64,000 bases of DNA from Bacillota bacterium (GCA_021797815.1 JAJZYZ010000002.1:1256-65255), one strand, 5' to 3'; positions 29,311 through 38,818 are shown, counted from the stretch's first letter. Numbers and translations: made by a program. Notes: a model not told the origin generated them from the sequence alone.

Positions 29311-30138
29311 TTGAAGCTCGGTGACGCACTTTATGCGGCGGGATACCTCGCCAATTCGATCCTGACTGACACCTTGAGCGTAGGTATCGACCTGAGTCGA
29401 CCCCTCCTCCTGGAGGGCCCTTCGGGTGTGGGCAAGACGGCCCTGGCCGGGGCGCTGGCGACGGCTCTCGGCCGCCCGCTGCATCGCCTGCAGTGTTACG
29501 AGGGGATAGATGCCAGTCAGGCTCTGTACGACTGGAATTACGCCCGCCAGCTGGTTGATCTGGCCGATCGGCGAGGCGAGGACCCGTTTCGTCGCGAATA
29601 TCTTCTGCCGCGTCCCCTTCTGGCCGCTCTGATGGAGGATGCCGGCGCTGTCTTGCTGGTGGACGAGGTGGACCGGGCCGACGAGGGCTTCGAAGCGATG
29701 CTGCTGGAGGTGCTGGGCGAGAACCAGGTCACGGTGCCCGAGTACGGAACCGTGAGTGCGGCGGGACCGGTGCAGGCCATCCTGACCAGCAATCGGACCC
29801 GGCCCCTGTCAGACGCCCTCCGTCGACGCTGTCTCTATCACCGCATCGAATGGCCCGCGCCCGCCGAGGAAGCCCGGATCGTGCGCCTGCACCTGCCGCA
29901 GGCCGAGACCGAACTGGTCACATCGGCCGTGCGGGTGGCCGATGCGCTTCGTCACCTTGACCTCGTGAAGCCGCCCGGCATCGGGGAAACCATCGACCTG
30001 GTACGGGGAGCGCTCGCGCTGCACATCGCGACCTTGTCGGCCGACGCGCTCCGGCGCCTCCTCGGAACCATCATCAAGGATGCCCGTGACTGGGAGACGG
30101 TGGAGCCACGTCTGGCGGAACTTTTGGAGGGCGGCTGA
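29311..30138 (+). CDS. MoxR/CoxD-like AAA+ ATPase
   Basis: Walker A GPSGVGKT, Walker B LLVDEVDRA. TTG start 8 nt after GTAGGGAG. Confidence 0.85.
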   Translation: MKLGDALYAAGYLANSILTDTLSVGIDLSRPLLLEGPSGVGKTALAGALATALGRPLHRLQCYEGIDASQALYDWNYARQLVDLADRRGEDPFRREYLLPRPLLAALMEDAGAVLLVDEVDRADEGFEAMLLEVLGENQVTVPEYGTVSAAGPVQAILTSNRTRPLSDALRRRCLYHRIEWPAPAEEARIVRLHLPQAETELVTSAVRVADALRHLDLVKPPGIGETIDLVRGALALHIATLSADALRRLLGTIIKDARDWETVEPRLAELLEGG

Positions 30139-30204
30139 AGGACCGAACCGGCACGGGCCGCGCCTCCTCCGGATCCGAAGGCCCCCACCGGGCCTGAACC
30201 GCTG

Positions 30205-30990
30205 GTGGGCGCGCCCGGAAACCGGGAGCGGCCTGAGCGCCGGCAGGGGGTGGGCGGCGGCACGCTGGCCCCGGGAGGGCGGGCGGGGCTCGTGGATCCA
30301 CGTCTTGACCGCCCCCTTCGCGAGGCTGTCGCCGCGTGGATGAGCCGTCCCAGCGTCGGGGCCCTGTTCGGGGTCCGTCATGGCGTGGATGTGGTGCCGG
30401 ACCTGGCGGGCACCGCGCGGGCGGCACTCCGGCGGGGCGGCATGGTGTCGTGGCCGGTGAAGGAGCCGCGGCGTCGGCGGCGCCCCGGTGTCCTCGTTCT
30501 GTGGGATGTGTCCGGGTCGATGGGGGAGTTCGTGCCGCACTTCTTCCCATGGCTGCACGGGCTCGTGCAGGCGCGCGAGAACGTCCGTGTGGTCGCATTT
30601 GCCCGTGATTTCGTGGAGGTGACGGGCGCGCTCCTGAATCCCGCCGGCGAGGCACGGGCCGCGTTGCAGCATGTTGAGGGCATCTTCGGCGGGGGCACGG
30701 CAATAGCCTCTACCGTGAGAGCCTGCCGATTGCTGGGCCTGGTGCGGCCGTCCACGGTGGTCGTGATGATATCTGACGGCTGGGAAGCGGAGGCGCCGGC
30801 GGCTCTGGCGCATGAGCTGGCCGCGCTGGTCGGCGAGGCGCGCCGCCTGGTGTGGGTCAATCCCCTCATGGCGACGCCGGGATACGAACCGGTCCAGCGA
30901 GGGATCGAGACGGCGCTCCGGTATGCCGATATCATGGAAGCGGGTCTGCCCTATGCGAGCCTCACGCGCCTCGGGCGGGTGGCGGGTTAG
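30205..30990 (+). CDS. VWA-domain CoxE-like protein (short form)
   Basis: MIDAS motif VLVLWDVSGSM, then ISDGWE. The real start may lie downstream of GTG 30205. Confidence 0.75.
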   Translation: MGAPGNRERPERRQGVGGGTLAPGGRAGLVDPRLDRPLREAVAAWMSRPSVGALFGVRHGVDVVPDLAGTARAALRRGGMVSWPVKEPRRRRRPGVLVLWDVSGSMGEFVPHFFPWLHGLVQARENVRVVAFARDFVEVTGALLNPAGEARAALQHVEGIFGGGTAIASTVRACRLLGLVRPSTVVVMISDGWEAEAPAALAHELAALVGEARRLVWVNPLMATPGYEPVQRGIETALRYADIMEAGLPYASLTRLGRVAG

Positions 30991-31126
30991 ACCATTTGCG
31001 GCAGGAAAAGGCCGCTTCGATGTTCAAATCAGGATTGAGGACTAGCCGCCCCGAGACTCCGCGCAGGTTCGGCGGCACGCCGCCCGTGCGAGCGGAGCGG
31101 TTCGGTGATGAAGGGAGTCGGAGAGC

Positions 31127-31999
31127 GTGAAGCCCGTAGCATTTCGATACCATGCGCCTGCCAGTGTGCAGGCGGCGGTGGGCCTGCTGGAAGAGGCGGG
31201 GTTTGAGGGGAAAGTGCTGGCCGGGGGCCAGAGTCTGGTGCCGATGATGAACTTCCGTCTGGCCCGCCCGGGCGTCCTCGTGGACCTTCGCAAGGTGCAC
31301 GGGCTTACGGGCGTTCGCTTCGAGGCCGGGCACATTGTCGTGGGCGCGCTTACGACGCACGAGGAGATTTTCCTGCATGAGGAACTGGCGCGCCGTCTGC
31401 CCGTCATGCGCGCGGCGGCGGCACTCATCGGGCACTGGGGCATCCGAGTGCGCGGGACGGTCGGCGGAAGTGTGGCGCACGCCGACCCGGCGGCTGAGTG
31501 GCCGGCGGTCATGATGGCGCTGTCAGCCTCGGCCGTCGTATCGGGACCCGGCGGAGAGCGCGAGGTGCCGATGGAGGAGTTGGTGGCGGGCCCCCTCACC
31601 ACGACCCTGGAGCCGGCCGACATCTTGACCGCCCTCAAGATTCCGGAACCGGCGGCCGGCGAGCGCTCCGGCATCTACGAGGTGGCGCGGCGTCCGGGCG
31701 ACTTTGCCCTTGTGGGCGCCGTGGCGAAGACCCGGGGAGCTTCGGTGCGCCTCACCTGGTTTGGTCTCGGCACGGTGCCGCAGTCGCGTGAGTCTGAGCG
31801 GTTCCACGACCTCTCGGAGGAAGCTCAGACGGACCAGCTCACCGCCTGGGGGCAGGAGTTGGAGGCAGAGTCAGACCTGCACGCGTCGGCCACGTGGCGT
31901 AAGCGGGTCGCGGCCGTCGTAGCGCGGCGCGCCCTTCTGGCGGCGGCATCCGACGACGCGGGATTAGAGGCGGGGGAGAGGAGTGGACTTCATGTCTGA
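31127..31999 (+). CDS. FAD-binding subunit of a xanthine dehydrogenase/CO dehydrogenase-family enzyme (CoxM-like)
   Basis: KPVAFRYHAP...VLAGGQSLVPMMNFRLARP (FAD_binding_5) and a CO-dehydrogenase flavoprotein C-terminal region. GTG start. Confidence 0.85.
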   Translation: MKPVAFRYHAPASVQAAVGLLEEAGFEGKVLAGGQSLVPMMNFRLARPGVLVDLRKVHGLTGVRFEAGHIVVGALTTHEEIFLHEELARRLPVMRAAAALIGHWGIRVRGTVGGSVAHADPAAEWPAVMMALSASAVVSGPGGEREVPMEELVAGPLTTTLEPADILTALKIPEPAAGERSGIYEVARRPGDFALVGAVAKTRGASVRLTWFGLGTVPQSRESERFHDLSEEAQTDQLTAWGQELEAESDLHASATWRKRVAAVVARRALLAAASDDAGLEAGERSGLHV

Positions 32000-32483
32000 G
32001 CCGAAAGCAGAAAAGGTGGCGGTCACGCTCAACGTAAACGGCGCTGAACGCACGGTGACCGTCGAGCCGCGCTGGCTTTTGTCTGACGTCCTGCGCCAGG
32101 AATTTGGTCTTACCGGCGTGCATATCGGGTGTGAGCACGGTGTGTGCGGTGCCTGCACCATCCTGGTTGACGGCGAGCCGGTCCGGAGTTGCCTGCAGTT
32201 TGCCGTGCAGGCTGAGGGAGCCCGCATCGAGACCGTGGAGGCCCTGGGCACGCCCGAAGAGATGGACCCCGTGCAGACCGCGTTTTGGGAGAAACATGGT
32301 CTCCAGTGCGGGTACTGCACGCCGGGCATGGTGTTGACGGCCAAGGCGCTGCTGGACCGGGTGCCCAATCCGACTGAGGCGGAGATTCGGCACGCCCTGT
32401 CAGGCAATCTGTGCCGCTGCACCGGCTACCAGTTTATCGTGGAAGCCGTGGAGCGTGCGGCGGAGCTAAGGGCGGAGGGTTGA
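31992..32483 (+). CDS. [2Fe-2S] small subunit (CoxS-like)
   Basis: CEHGVCGACT, CGYCTPG and NLCRCTGY cysteine motifs. ATG 31992 follows GGAGAGGAG. Overlaps the CoxM-like stop by 8 nt. Confidence 0.9.
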   Translation: MSEPKAEKVAVTLNVNGAERTVTVEPRWLLSDVLRQEFGLTGVHIGCEHGVCGACTILVDGEPVRSCLQFAVQAEGARIETVEALGTPEEMDPVQTAFWEKHGLQCGYCTPGMVLTAKALLDRVPNPTEAEIRHALSGNLCRCTGYQFIVEAVERAAELRAEG

Positions 32484-32513
32484 CCGAACCGCGCTCACGA
32501 GGAGGACAAGCAT

Positions 32514-33563
32514 TTGGCGCCGGTTGAAGATACGGCCGGAGCGGGTATTGTCGCGATCGGAGCCTACGCGCCTCGCCATCGAATGGTCAATGACGAATGG
32601 GCCCAGCACATCGACACGTCTGACGCCTGGATCTACACCCGTACCGGTATCAAGGCGCGTCACATAGCCGCGGCCGGAGAGTCGACGGCCATGGTGGCGG
32701 CCCGGGCCGGCAACCTGTGCCTGGAGGCGGCCGAATTTGATCCGGCCGCCGTCCGTTGGGTGCTGGTCTCCACTGACACTCCGGAAATGTGGAATCCGGC
32801 CACCGCCTGCTTCGTACAGGCGGAATTGGGCGCGACGCGGGCGGTGGCCCTGGACCTGACGGGGGGATGTTCGGGATTCATCGCGGGTCTGGCGCTGGCC
32901 GAGGCGCGGGCGCGCCTTGGTGAGCCGGTCCTGCTCATCGGATGCGAGGTGCTGAGCCAGGCTATGGACTGGTCTGACCGGTCCACGGCGGTTCTGTTTG
33001 GCGACGGCGCCGGTGCGGCGCTGGTAATGCCGCGGGAGCCGGGGCGGCCCGCATTTGAAATCATGAACATCTACGCCCGTACAGACGGCCGTGACGCGGA
33101 CATCCTGGGCAAGCCCTACGGCGGCACCAGGAATCCACTTACACCGGAGCTGGTGCGTGAGGGGCACCATCATCGCATTGTCATGCACGGGCCCTACGTG
33201 TTCAGAAATGCTGTCACCAAGATGGCGGAGGCGGCGCAGGCAGCGCTGGAAGACGCGGGCCTCAGACTGGAGGATGTGGATCTGGTGGTTCCCCATCAGG
33301 CCAATCAGCGCATCATCGACGCCTTGACGGACCGGCTCAAGATTCCGCGCGACAAGGTCTTCAGCAATGTGGAGGAGTACGCCAACACCGGGTCGGCCTC
33401 CATTGGCATCGCGCTGGCGGAGGCCATCGCGGCCGGTCTCATCCGTGCGGGCCAGATCGTGCTGACGGTCGCTTTCGGATCGGGTTTCTCCTGGGCGGCG
33501 AGTGTGTGGCGGGTCACCGGGGTCCCTCCGGTGCGATCGGAACTGAACCGGGGGCCGTCTTGA
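32514..33563 (+). CDS. 3-oxoacyl-ACP synthase III (FabH-like KAS III)
   Basis: Catalytic triad contexts GGCSGF, VPHQANQRI and YANTGSASI. TTG start 7 nt after GAGGAGGA. Confidence 0.85.
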   Translation: MAPVEDTAGAGIVAIGAYAPRHRMVNDEWAQHIDTSDAWIYTRTGIKARHIAAAGESTAMVAARAGNLCLEAAEFDPAAVRWVLVSTDTPEMWNPATACFVQAELGATRAVALDLTGGCSGFIAGLALAEARARLGEPVLLIGCEVLSQAMDWSDRSTAVLFGDGAGAALVMPREPGRPAFEIMNIYARTDGRDADILGKPYGGTRNPLTPELVREGHHHRIVMHGPYVFRNAVTKMAEAAQAALEDAGLRLEDVDLVVPHQANQRIIDALTDRLKIPRDKVFSNVEEYANTGSASIGIALAEAIAAGLIRAGQIVLTVAFGSGFSWAASVWRVTGVPPVRSELNRGPS

Positions 33564-33579
33564 CAGAGGGCGTGGGGAC

Positions 33580-35586
33580 ATGAGCATCACACCGGAAACG
33601 TTATTTGACTTGAGACTCGTCGGCCACCCAATCATGGATCATGACGGGCGTGGGATCCTGTTTGTGGAGCGGTGGCTCGAGCGCGAGGACAACCAGACCA
33701 AAAGCCGTATCGGGCGGCTCGATCCCGAGGACCCGGAGGCCCTCGCTCATGTACGCTGGCTCACGGCGGGTCCGACAGACACGGCTCCCTGCGCCTCCCC
33801 GGACGGTCGCTATCTCGCCTTTCTGACCCGGCGCACCGGGACGAGCCAGATCTGGCTCTTGCCCCGGGCGGGCGGTGAGGCGTTCGCCGCGACCCGTCTT
33901 GGCGGAGGCGTCAGCGAGTACGTGTGGCTGCCGGACGGGAGCGGATTCATCGCCGTGGCATCCCTCCGGGACGGTCGGCTGGAGGATGAGGACCAGAGCG
34001 ATCCGGATGATCCCCGCTCACGCTACACCATGGATATCAAGGTCATCCGCCGCCAGTACCATAAGCTTGACGGCACGGGCTTCTTCGATGAGCGGCGCCG
34101 GGAACTTGTCGAGGTGAGTGTGCCCGACGGCACCGTGCGGGTGCTGACGACCGCCGCCGCCGACCATACCGGCGTGGCCGTGAGCCCCGACGGGCAGGTC
34201 GTGGCCTTTGTGGCCAATCTGCGCGAGGATCGGGACTCGCGTCCGGGGCCGAAGGATCTCCACCTGCTCCAGCGCGCGACCGGCGTCGTGACGACCGTGA
34301 CCCGTGGTGACCTCGATGCCTCCTCGCCTGCGTTCTCACCCGACGGACGCCGTCTTGCCTTCATCGCGAGCCGACCCGAAGACCAGGGATACGGCAATAC
34401 GAGTCTGTTTGTGGTCGAAGAGGGGCGCGTGGTCGAGTGGACGCGCGGAGTCGACCGCCCGGTAGGAGACCAGAGCGCCTCTGATGCGGGGATGGGTGGT
34501 CGCACGGCACCCGTCTTTACCCCGGACGGAAAGGCCGTACGGGTCCTCGTGACCCGTGAGGGACGTGTGGAGGTGTGGATGTTCGACGGGCGGGGTGCGG
34601 CACAACCCGTCCTGACCGGCGCGCGCGCCGTAGTTTCGCTGGCCGCTGGCCGCGGCGGGTCGCTTGTGGGCGCCTATTCCGACCCGGTCACGCCTTCAGC
34701 CCTGTTTGCCGCGATCGAAAGCACCGAACAGGCGTGGGTCTGGCCGGTGCCGTGGCAGCCGGGCGACGTGGTGCGTCCCGTGAAGATGTCGGCACGGGCC
34801 GCCATGGGTCCGCCCGTCGATGTGTTTGTGCTCAATCCCTCGGAGCCCTCCGACCGCCGCCACCCGGTCGTGCTGGAGGTGCACGGGGGACCCATGAGCA
34901 TGTACGCCGAGCGTTTTTTCTTCGAGTTTCAGGTCCTGGCGGCCTCGGGCATCGCCGTGGTCTTCAGCAATCCCCGGGGCAGCGTGGGCTACGGGCATGC
35001 GTTCTGTACGGCCATCATGGGAGAGTGGGGCGACAAGGACTACCGTGACGTGATGGCCGCCCTCGATGCGGCACTGGCGGCCGATCCGACCCTGGACCCC
35101 GACCGCACAGCGATTGCGGGCGGGTCGTACGGCGGGTTCATGGTCAACTGGGCTATCGGGCACTCGGATCGGTTCCGGGCTGCCGTCTCCATGCGGTCGG
35201 TGGTAAACCGCGTGTCGGCGATGGGCACGAGCGACATGGGATGGCTTCGCATGCCGCAATACGGAAACCAGCGCTGGTGGGAGAATCCCGAACCCTACTG
35301 GCAGCAGTCGCCGCTCCGCTACGCGAGCGACATGCATACCCCGGTACTGCTGGAACACCAGGAAAACGACCTGCGACTTCCCGTTGAACAGGCGGATCAG
35401 CTGTTTTCCGCCCTGAAAGTGACAGGCCAGGATGTGACGCTGGTTCGTTATCCGGGAGAGTCGCACGGGATGAGCCGGGACGGGAAACCCTGGCATCGGG
35501 TGGCACGACTTGAGATGCTGGTGGATTTTCTGAAGACGCATCTGGACCTCGATGGCGCACCGCGCCCGGAGGGAGAGGGCGTCTGA
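33580..35586 (+). CDS. S9-family serine peptidase (acylaminoacyl-peptidase/prolyl oligopeptidase type)
   Basis: N-terminal beta-propeller repeats (SPDGRYLAF, SPDGQVVAF, SPDGRRLAF) and a C-terminal GGSYGGFM nucleophile motif. Confidence 0.9.
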   Translation: MSITPETLFDLRLVGHPIMDHDGRGILFVERWLEREDNQTKSRIGRLDPEDPEALAHVRWLTAGPTDTAPCASPDGRYLAFLTRRTGTSQIWLLPRAGGEAFAATRLGGGVSEYVWLPDGSGFIAVASLRDGRLEDEDQSDPDDPRSRYTMDIKVIRRQYHKLDGTGFFDERRRELVEVSVPDGTVRVLTTAAADHTGVAVSPDGQVVAFVANLREDRDSRPGPKDLHLLQRATGVVTTVTRGDLDASSPAFSPDGRRLAFIASRPEDQGYGNTSLFVVEEGRVVEWTRGVDRPVGDQSASDAGMGGRTAPVFTPDGKAVRVLVTREGRVEVWMFDGRGAAQPVLTGARAVVSLAAGRGGSLVGAYSDPVTPSALFAAIESTEQAWVWPVPWQPGDVVRPVKMSARAAMGPPVDVFVLNPSEPSDRRHPVVLEVHGGPMSMYAERFFFEFQVLAASGIAVVFSNPRGSVGYGHAFCTAIMGEWGDKDYRDVMAALDAALAADPTLDPDRTAIAGGSYGGFMVNWAIGHSDRFRAAVSMRSVVNRVSAMGTSDMGWLRMPQYGNQRWWENPEPYWQQSPLRYASDMHTPVLLEHQENDLRLPVEQADQLFSALKVTGQDVTLVRYPGESHGMSRDGKPWHRVARLEMLVDFLKTHLDLDGAPRPEGEGV

Positions 35587-36077
35587 TGGAGTTCCGGGCC
35601 GATAACGTGGATGAGGCTGCTCACCGAACGCTCGCAAAAGCGCTCTTCAATTTTACCTGGGAGCTCATAGAGAAGCCGGACCGGTCTCCGGACGAGACGG
35701 ACCTGATGATAAACGCGGCCCATGCCGGCCGCTTTCACTGGGGCCTCGTGGGTACGCCACGAAACGCTGCGCTGAGCGAGTGGCAGATCGCGCGCGTCTA
35801 CGCGCTGGCGGGCCGAGGCGAGGCCGCTCTGGTGCACGCCCGGAAGTCGCTTGAGCTGACCGTCCAGCACCAGCTGGGGGACTTTGAGCTCGGGTTCGCG
35901 CATGAAGCGATGGCCCGTGCCTACGGCGTACAGGCGCGGCGCGGAGAACAGGACGTCCACCTCAACCAGGCGCGGGCGTGCGCCGCCCGGGTGGCGGCGG
36001 AAGACGACCGGACGTGGCTCTTGCGGAATGTGGAAACCGTTCCGTCTCTCACGCTTCCCGTGTGGGGAAGCCCATAA
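35586..36077 (+). CDS. Hypothetical helical protein (163 aa)
   Basis: ATG overlaps the peptidase stop (TGATG). Protein-like composition (INAAHAGRFHWGLVG...WQIARVYALAGRGEAAL). No family recognised. Confidence 0.55.
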   Translation: MEFRADNVDEAAHRTLAKALFNFTWELIEKPDRSPDETDLMINAAHAGRFHWGLVGTPRNAALSEWQIARVYALAGRGEAALVHARKSLELTVQHQLGDFELGFAHEAMARAYGVQARRGEQDVHLNQARACAARVAAEDDRTWLLRNVETVPSLTLPVWGSP

Positions 36078-36185
36078 GGCCGCCGGTTCTAGCGATGCCA
36101 GACCGTCGCGCCGCACGTCGCGGAGCACACGAACATCGCGGCACGGCGGGCGACTCCGCATCCGTCCGTGGCGGGTGCGGGAGGC

Positions 36186-36959
36186 TCAGGCGAGACGACG
36201 TTCCTGATAGAGGCGGGCGGCCCGGACCCATTCCGTTTCGTCAAGGTCCGCGGGGATGAGCTGGTAGAGGCTTCCGAAACCCGAAAAAAGCGCCTGCTCT
36301 ACCTCGGCCAACGCTACGGGGCGGTCGAGGAGACGCTCCAGATTGGTCACGGCGGAGGCCCGCAGGTGGCGGGGCGACCCGGCGAGTTCGTACAAGTCTT
36401 CGATGAGGCGCGTGGTTTCCACCGGATCCTGGTTTACGAGAATCATCCCGCTTACGAGCGCGAAGCCTCCACGGATGGCCTGGGCCACGCCCGCAATCTT
36501 CACGCCGTCCACCACGATGTCCCAGGGACCCTCGCAATAGGATCCCACCGCGCGTCCGTACGCGGCAGTCTCCAGGCCGAGGTACCGGATGGCGCGCAGG
36601 ACGCCTTCGCCCAGCTCCCGAAAATTCCGCTCGACGGTCGTCAAATCGCGGCTCGGGCGTGCCACCCCAAACGAAATGGTGCCGGTGTCCTGCCACACCA
36701 GGCTTCCCCCGCCGATGCGGATGAAGGCGGGAAGACCGCGGGCATCGGCCCACTCCCGAATCCGGGCAAGACCAGGCAGCCGGCGGTCGCTCGGTCCCAG
36801 AAGGACGTAGGGCTGATGTCGGCGGACCACCACGGTGAGGGCGCCGCGCTCCGCGGCCGAAATGGCGGCAGTTTCGGTGACGACCGGGGAGAGGTGAAGC
36901 GCGGGCTCAGGCGCCCCGGCGCCCAGGTGGATCAGGCGAGCGGACGGCAGATGGTTCAT
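36186..36959 (-). CDS. Lipoate/octanoyl protein ligase family (BPL_LplA_LipB domain)
   Basis: VDGVKIAGVAQ with the conserved Lys, about 257 aa. Confidence 0.7.
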   Translation of the reverse strand: MNHLPSARLIHLGAGAPEPALHLSPVVTETAAISAAERGALTVVVRRHQPYVLLGPSDRRLPGLARIREWADARGLPAFIRIGGGSLVWQDTGTISFGVARPSRDLTTVERNFRELGEGVLRAIRYLGLETAAYGRAVGSYCEGPWDIVVDGVKIAGVAQAIRGGFALVSGMILVNQDPVETTRLIEDLYELAGSPRHLRASAVTNLERLLDRPVALAEVEQALFSGFGSLYQLIPADLDETEWVRAARLYQERRLA

Positions 36960-37021
36960 GAAGGCCAGTGTACCGCACCCGAATGGTGCTCTGGTACAAT
37001 CACGACGAGTCGGAGGTGTCG

Positions 37022-37627
37022 TTGCTGGTTCGGCCCATTTATATCATCCCGCGTGACTCCGGCGTGCTCCGCGCCCGTTCCACCCGCGTCCGCTCGGTGC
37101 GCGAGGGAAGCGCCGTCATCCAGGACCTGATCGACACCTGGCCCACGGTTGCCGCCCACGGCATTGCCGCGCCCCAGATCGGAGTCAACCGGCGTCTGTT
37201 CGTGTACCGGCCTTACGAGGACGAGGACGATGTGCCGCCGACCGGGCTCATGAATCCCAAAATCATCAAGGCCAGCGGTGAGGTCATGGACTTCGACGGC
37301 TGCCTGTCAGTTCCGGGACTGTATGGTCAAACGCGGCGGGCGGAACGCATAGTCGTGAGCGCCGACGCGTCGGATGGTACGCCCGTACGGCTCAAGTTCG
37401 AAGGATTTACGGCCCGGATTGTCCAGCACGAGATCGATCACCTGGAGGGGGTCCTGTTCATCGACCGCCTGGACACGGTCGACGACCTCTACACCGTCGC
37501 CGAAGAGGTTCCCGAAGAGGGCGAGGGCGGAGAACCTAAGCTCGTGCGGGTGCCGCTCACCGACGAGGCGCGGGGACTCATCCTGCGCGAACAGCGTCCC
37601 ATCCCCGGTCACGCCCTGCACTGGTAG
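37022..37627 (+). CDS. def: Peptide deformylase
   Basis: ORF 36968..37627. GIAAPQIG, DGCLSVPG, HEIDHLEG. TTG 37022 follows GGAGGTG (start uncertain). Confidence 0.9.
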   Translation: MLVRPIYIIPRDSGVLRARSTRVRSVREGSAVIQDLIDTWPTVAAHGIAAPQIGVNRRLFVYRPYEDEDDVPPTGLMNPKIIKASGEVMDFDGCLSVPGLYGQTRRAERIVVSADASDGTPVRLKFEGFTARIVQHEIDHLEGVLFIDRLDTVDDLYTVAEEVPEEGEGGEPKLVRVPLTDEARGLILREQRPIPGHALHW

Positions 37628-38200
37628 CTTACGCAAGGGATCTTATAGGGGCGGCCCGCCGATTGGCACCTAAGGGGCTCCGCGCATCGGCTATACTTTT
37701 CGTCCGCTTTTGAGCTGTAAGCTCTCAAGAGGCGTGGATGTGGTCGATGGCGCCAAAACCAGACATCCGGCCGGGGGTCGTGGTTCCGGGGCGCGCGGGA
37801 GCAGGCTCCCTGCCCCGCGCCCTTCGCAAGCAACAGGCCTCGGGATCCTGTCTGGGAGCCATGGGTTTCCGGCTGCGATCCGGCCTTCCGGACGCCCGCC
37901 GCGCTCTATGACCACGCTTACCACCCCGCACCGAGTGTGGGGTGGCGCAGGGTGCGGCCCTCGACGCGCGGGTGGCGTCTTCGGCCGTCGGGGGCGCCGG
38001 CTCGGCGGCCGTCTCTCCACCACCCCCGGGGAATGGGGCCTGTGTCCAGAGGATGAGTGAAGGCGGCCTACCCTGGTGCGGCCACCGTGGGCCGCCGTCT
38101 GGCAAATGTGATGCTCGACTCCCCTCCACGGAGAGGGGCCGGGCCAGACCTCGTTCAGGACGTCCAGGGCAACGGTGCGCACCGGCCGCGGAAGACGGGG

Positions 38201-38776
38201 CTACTTGGAGATTTTCACACCCGCAGCGTTCCCAGCCGTCTCACATAGGCCGTCAGACCCGATCCCGAGGCCGATATTGGTGATGTTGAAGACGTGCGCC
38301 ACCGCGCACAACTAGGCAAGCTCGCAGATTTCGCGTTCGCTGAAATGGAGGCGCAGGCGGTCCATGGTGTCTGGTTGTATACGTTTATCGCGGATAAGCT
38401 CAGTCGCGTAGTTGAGAGCCGCCCGCTCGCCGTCGGTGAAAAGCACACTTGTCCTGTAAGCTGGAAGCGCATCGAGGAGCACCGAAACTTCAGAGGACTC
38501 GCGGAGGGCGAACCATCTGTCAGAGTCCTGGCAGAATCCGCACCCGTTAAGCAGCGCGGCCTGGTCTCGGACCAGCATGCGGACCCGTGGCGGTAGCATC
38601 AGCTTCTTTTCGAGACTGCCAGCCTTGCCAAAGAAGGTGCCGAAGGCAAGGGGCATACGCGCCATGAATACCGCAAGCGGCGGCGGAACTTTACCAAACT
38701 GCCGACGTGCGAGCCGATACACGATCTTCATCGCGAGCCCACGGGGCCGCTCAATCCGGGAGAGATACGGAGTCAT
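38201..38776 (-). pseudogene. Carboxymuconolactone decarboxylase (AhpD-like) family gene interrupted by in-frame TAG at 38312..38314
   Basis: ORF track ends at ...SEREICELA*. The same frame then continues for 36 sense codons, LCAVAHVFNITNIGLGIGSDGLCETAGNAAGVKISK, to TAG 38201..38203 with 28/36 GC3. The CGFC motif is in the upstream part. Confidence 0.7.
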
Positions 38777-38818
38777 CGCATCGGGCTCCTTTCCTTTCCT
38801 TTCGTCCCTCGTCTTCTC

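Noticed and set aside
24790-35637. Minus-strand ORFs 24790..25914, 27820..28638, 29809..30813, 32466..33635 and 34696..35637
   Set aside because: Antisense shadows of the mutase, ThyX-like, MoxR/VWA, FabH and S9 peptidase genes.
37871-37900. SRP-RNA-like element on the minus strand (GUCCGGAAGGCCGGAUCGCAGCC)
   Set aside because: It resembles the GGAA tetraloop region of helix 8. However, the flanking bases cannot form the conserved symmetric/asymmetric loops (no GGAAGCAGC partner), and no complementary 5-prime/3-prime Alu or helix-5 arms are evident.
38312-38314. TAG reassignment or pyrrolysine decoding as the explanation for the in-frame amber codon
   Set aside because: TAG is the ordinary stop of several confident genes in this window (glnA, mutM, 25965..26177, 43740..44174, 47834..48088, 48085..48516). 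No pyl genes or PYLIS-like context are seen. A nonsense mutation or base-call error is simpler.
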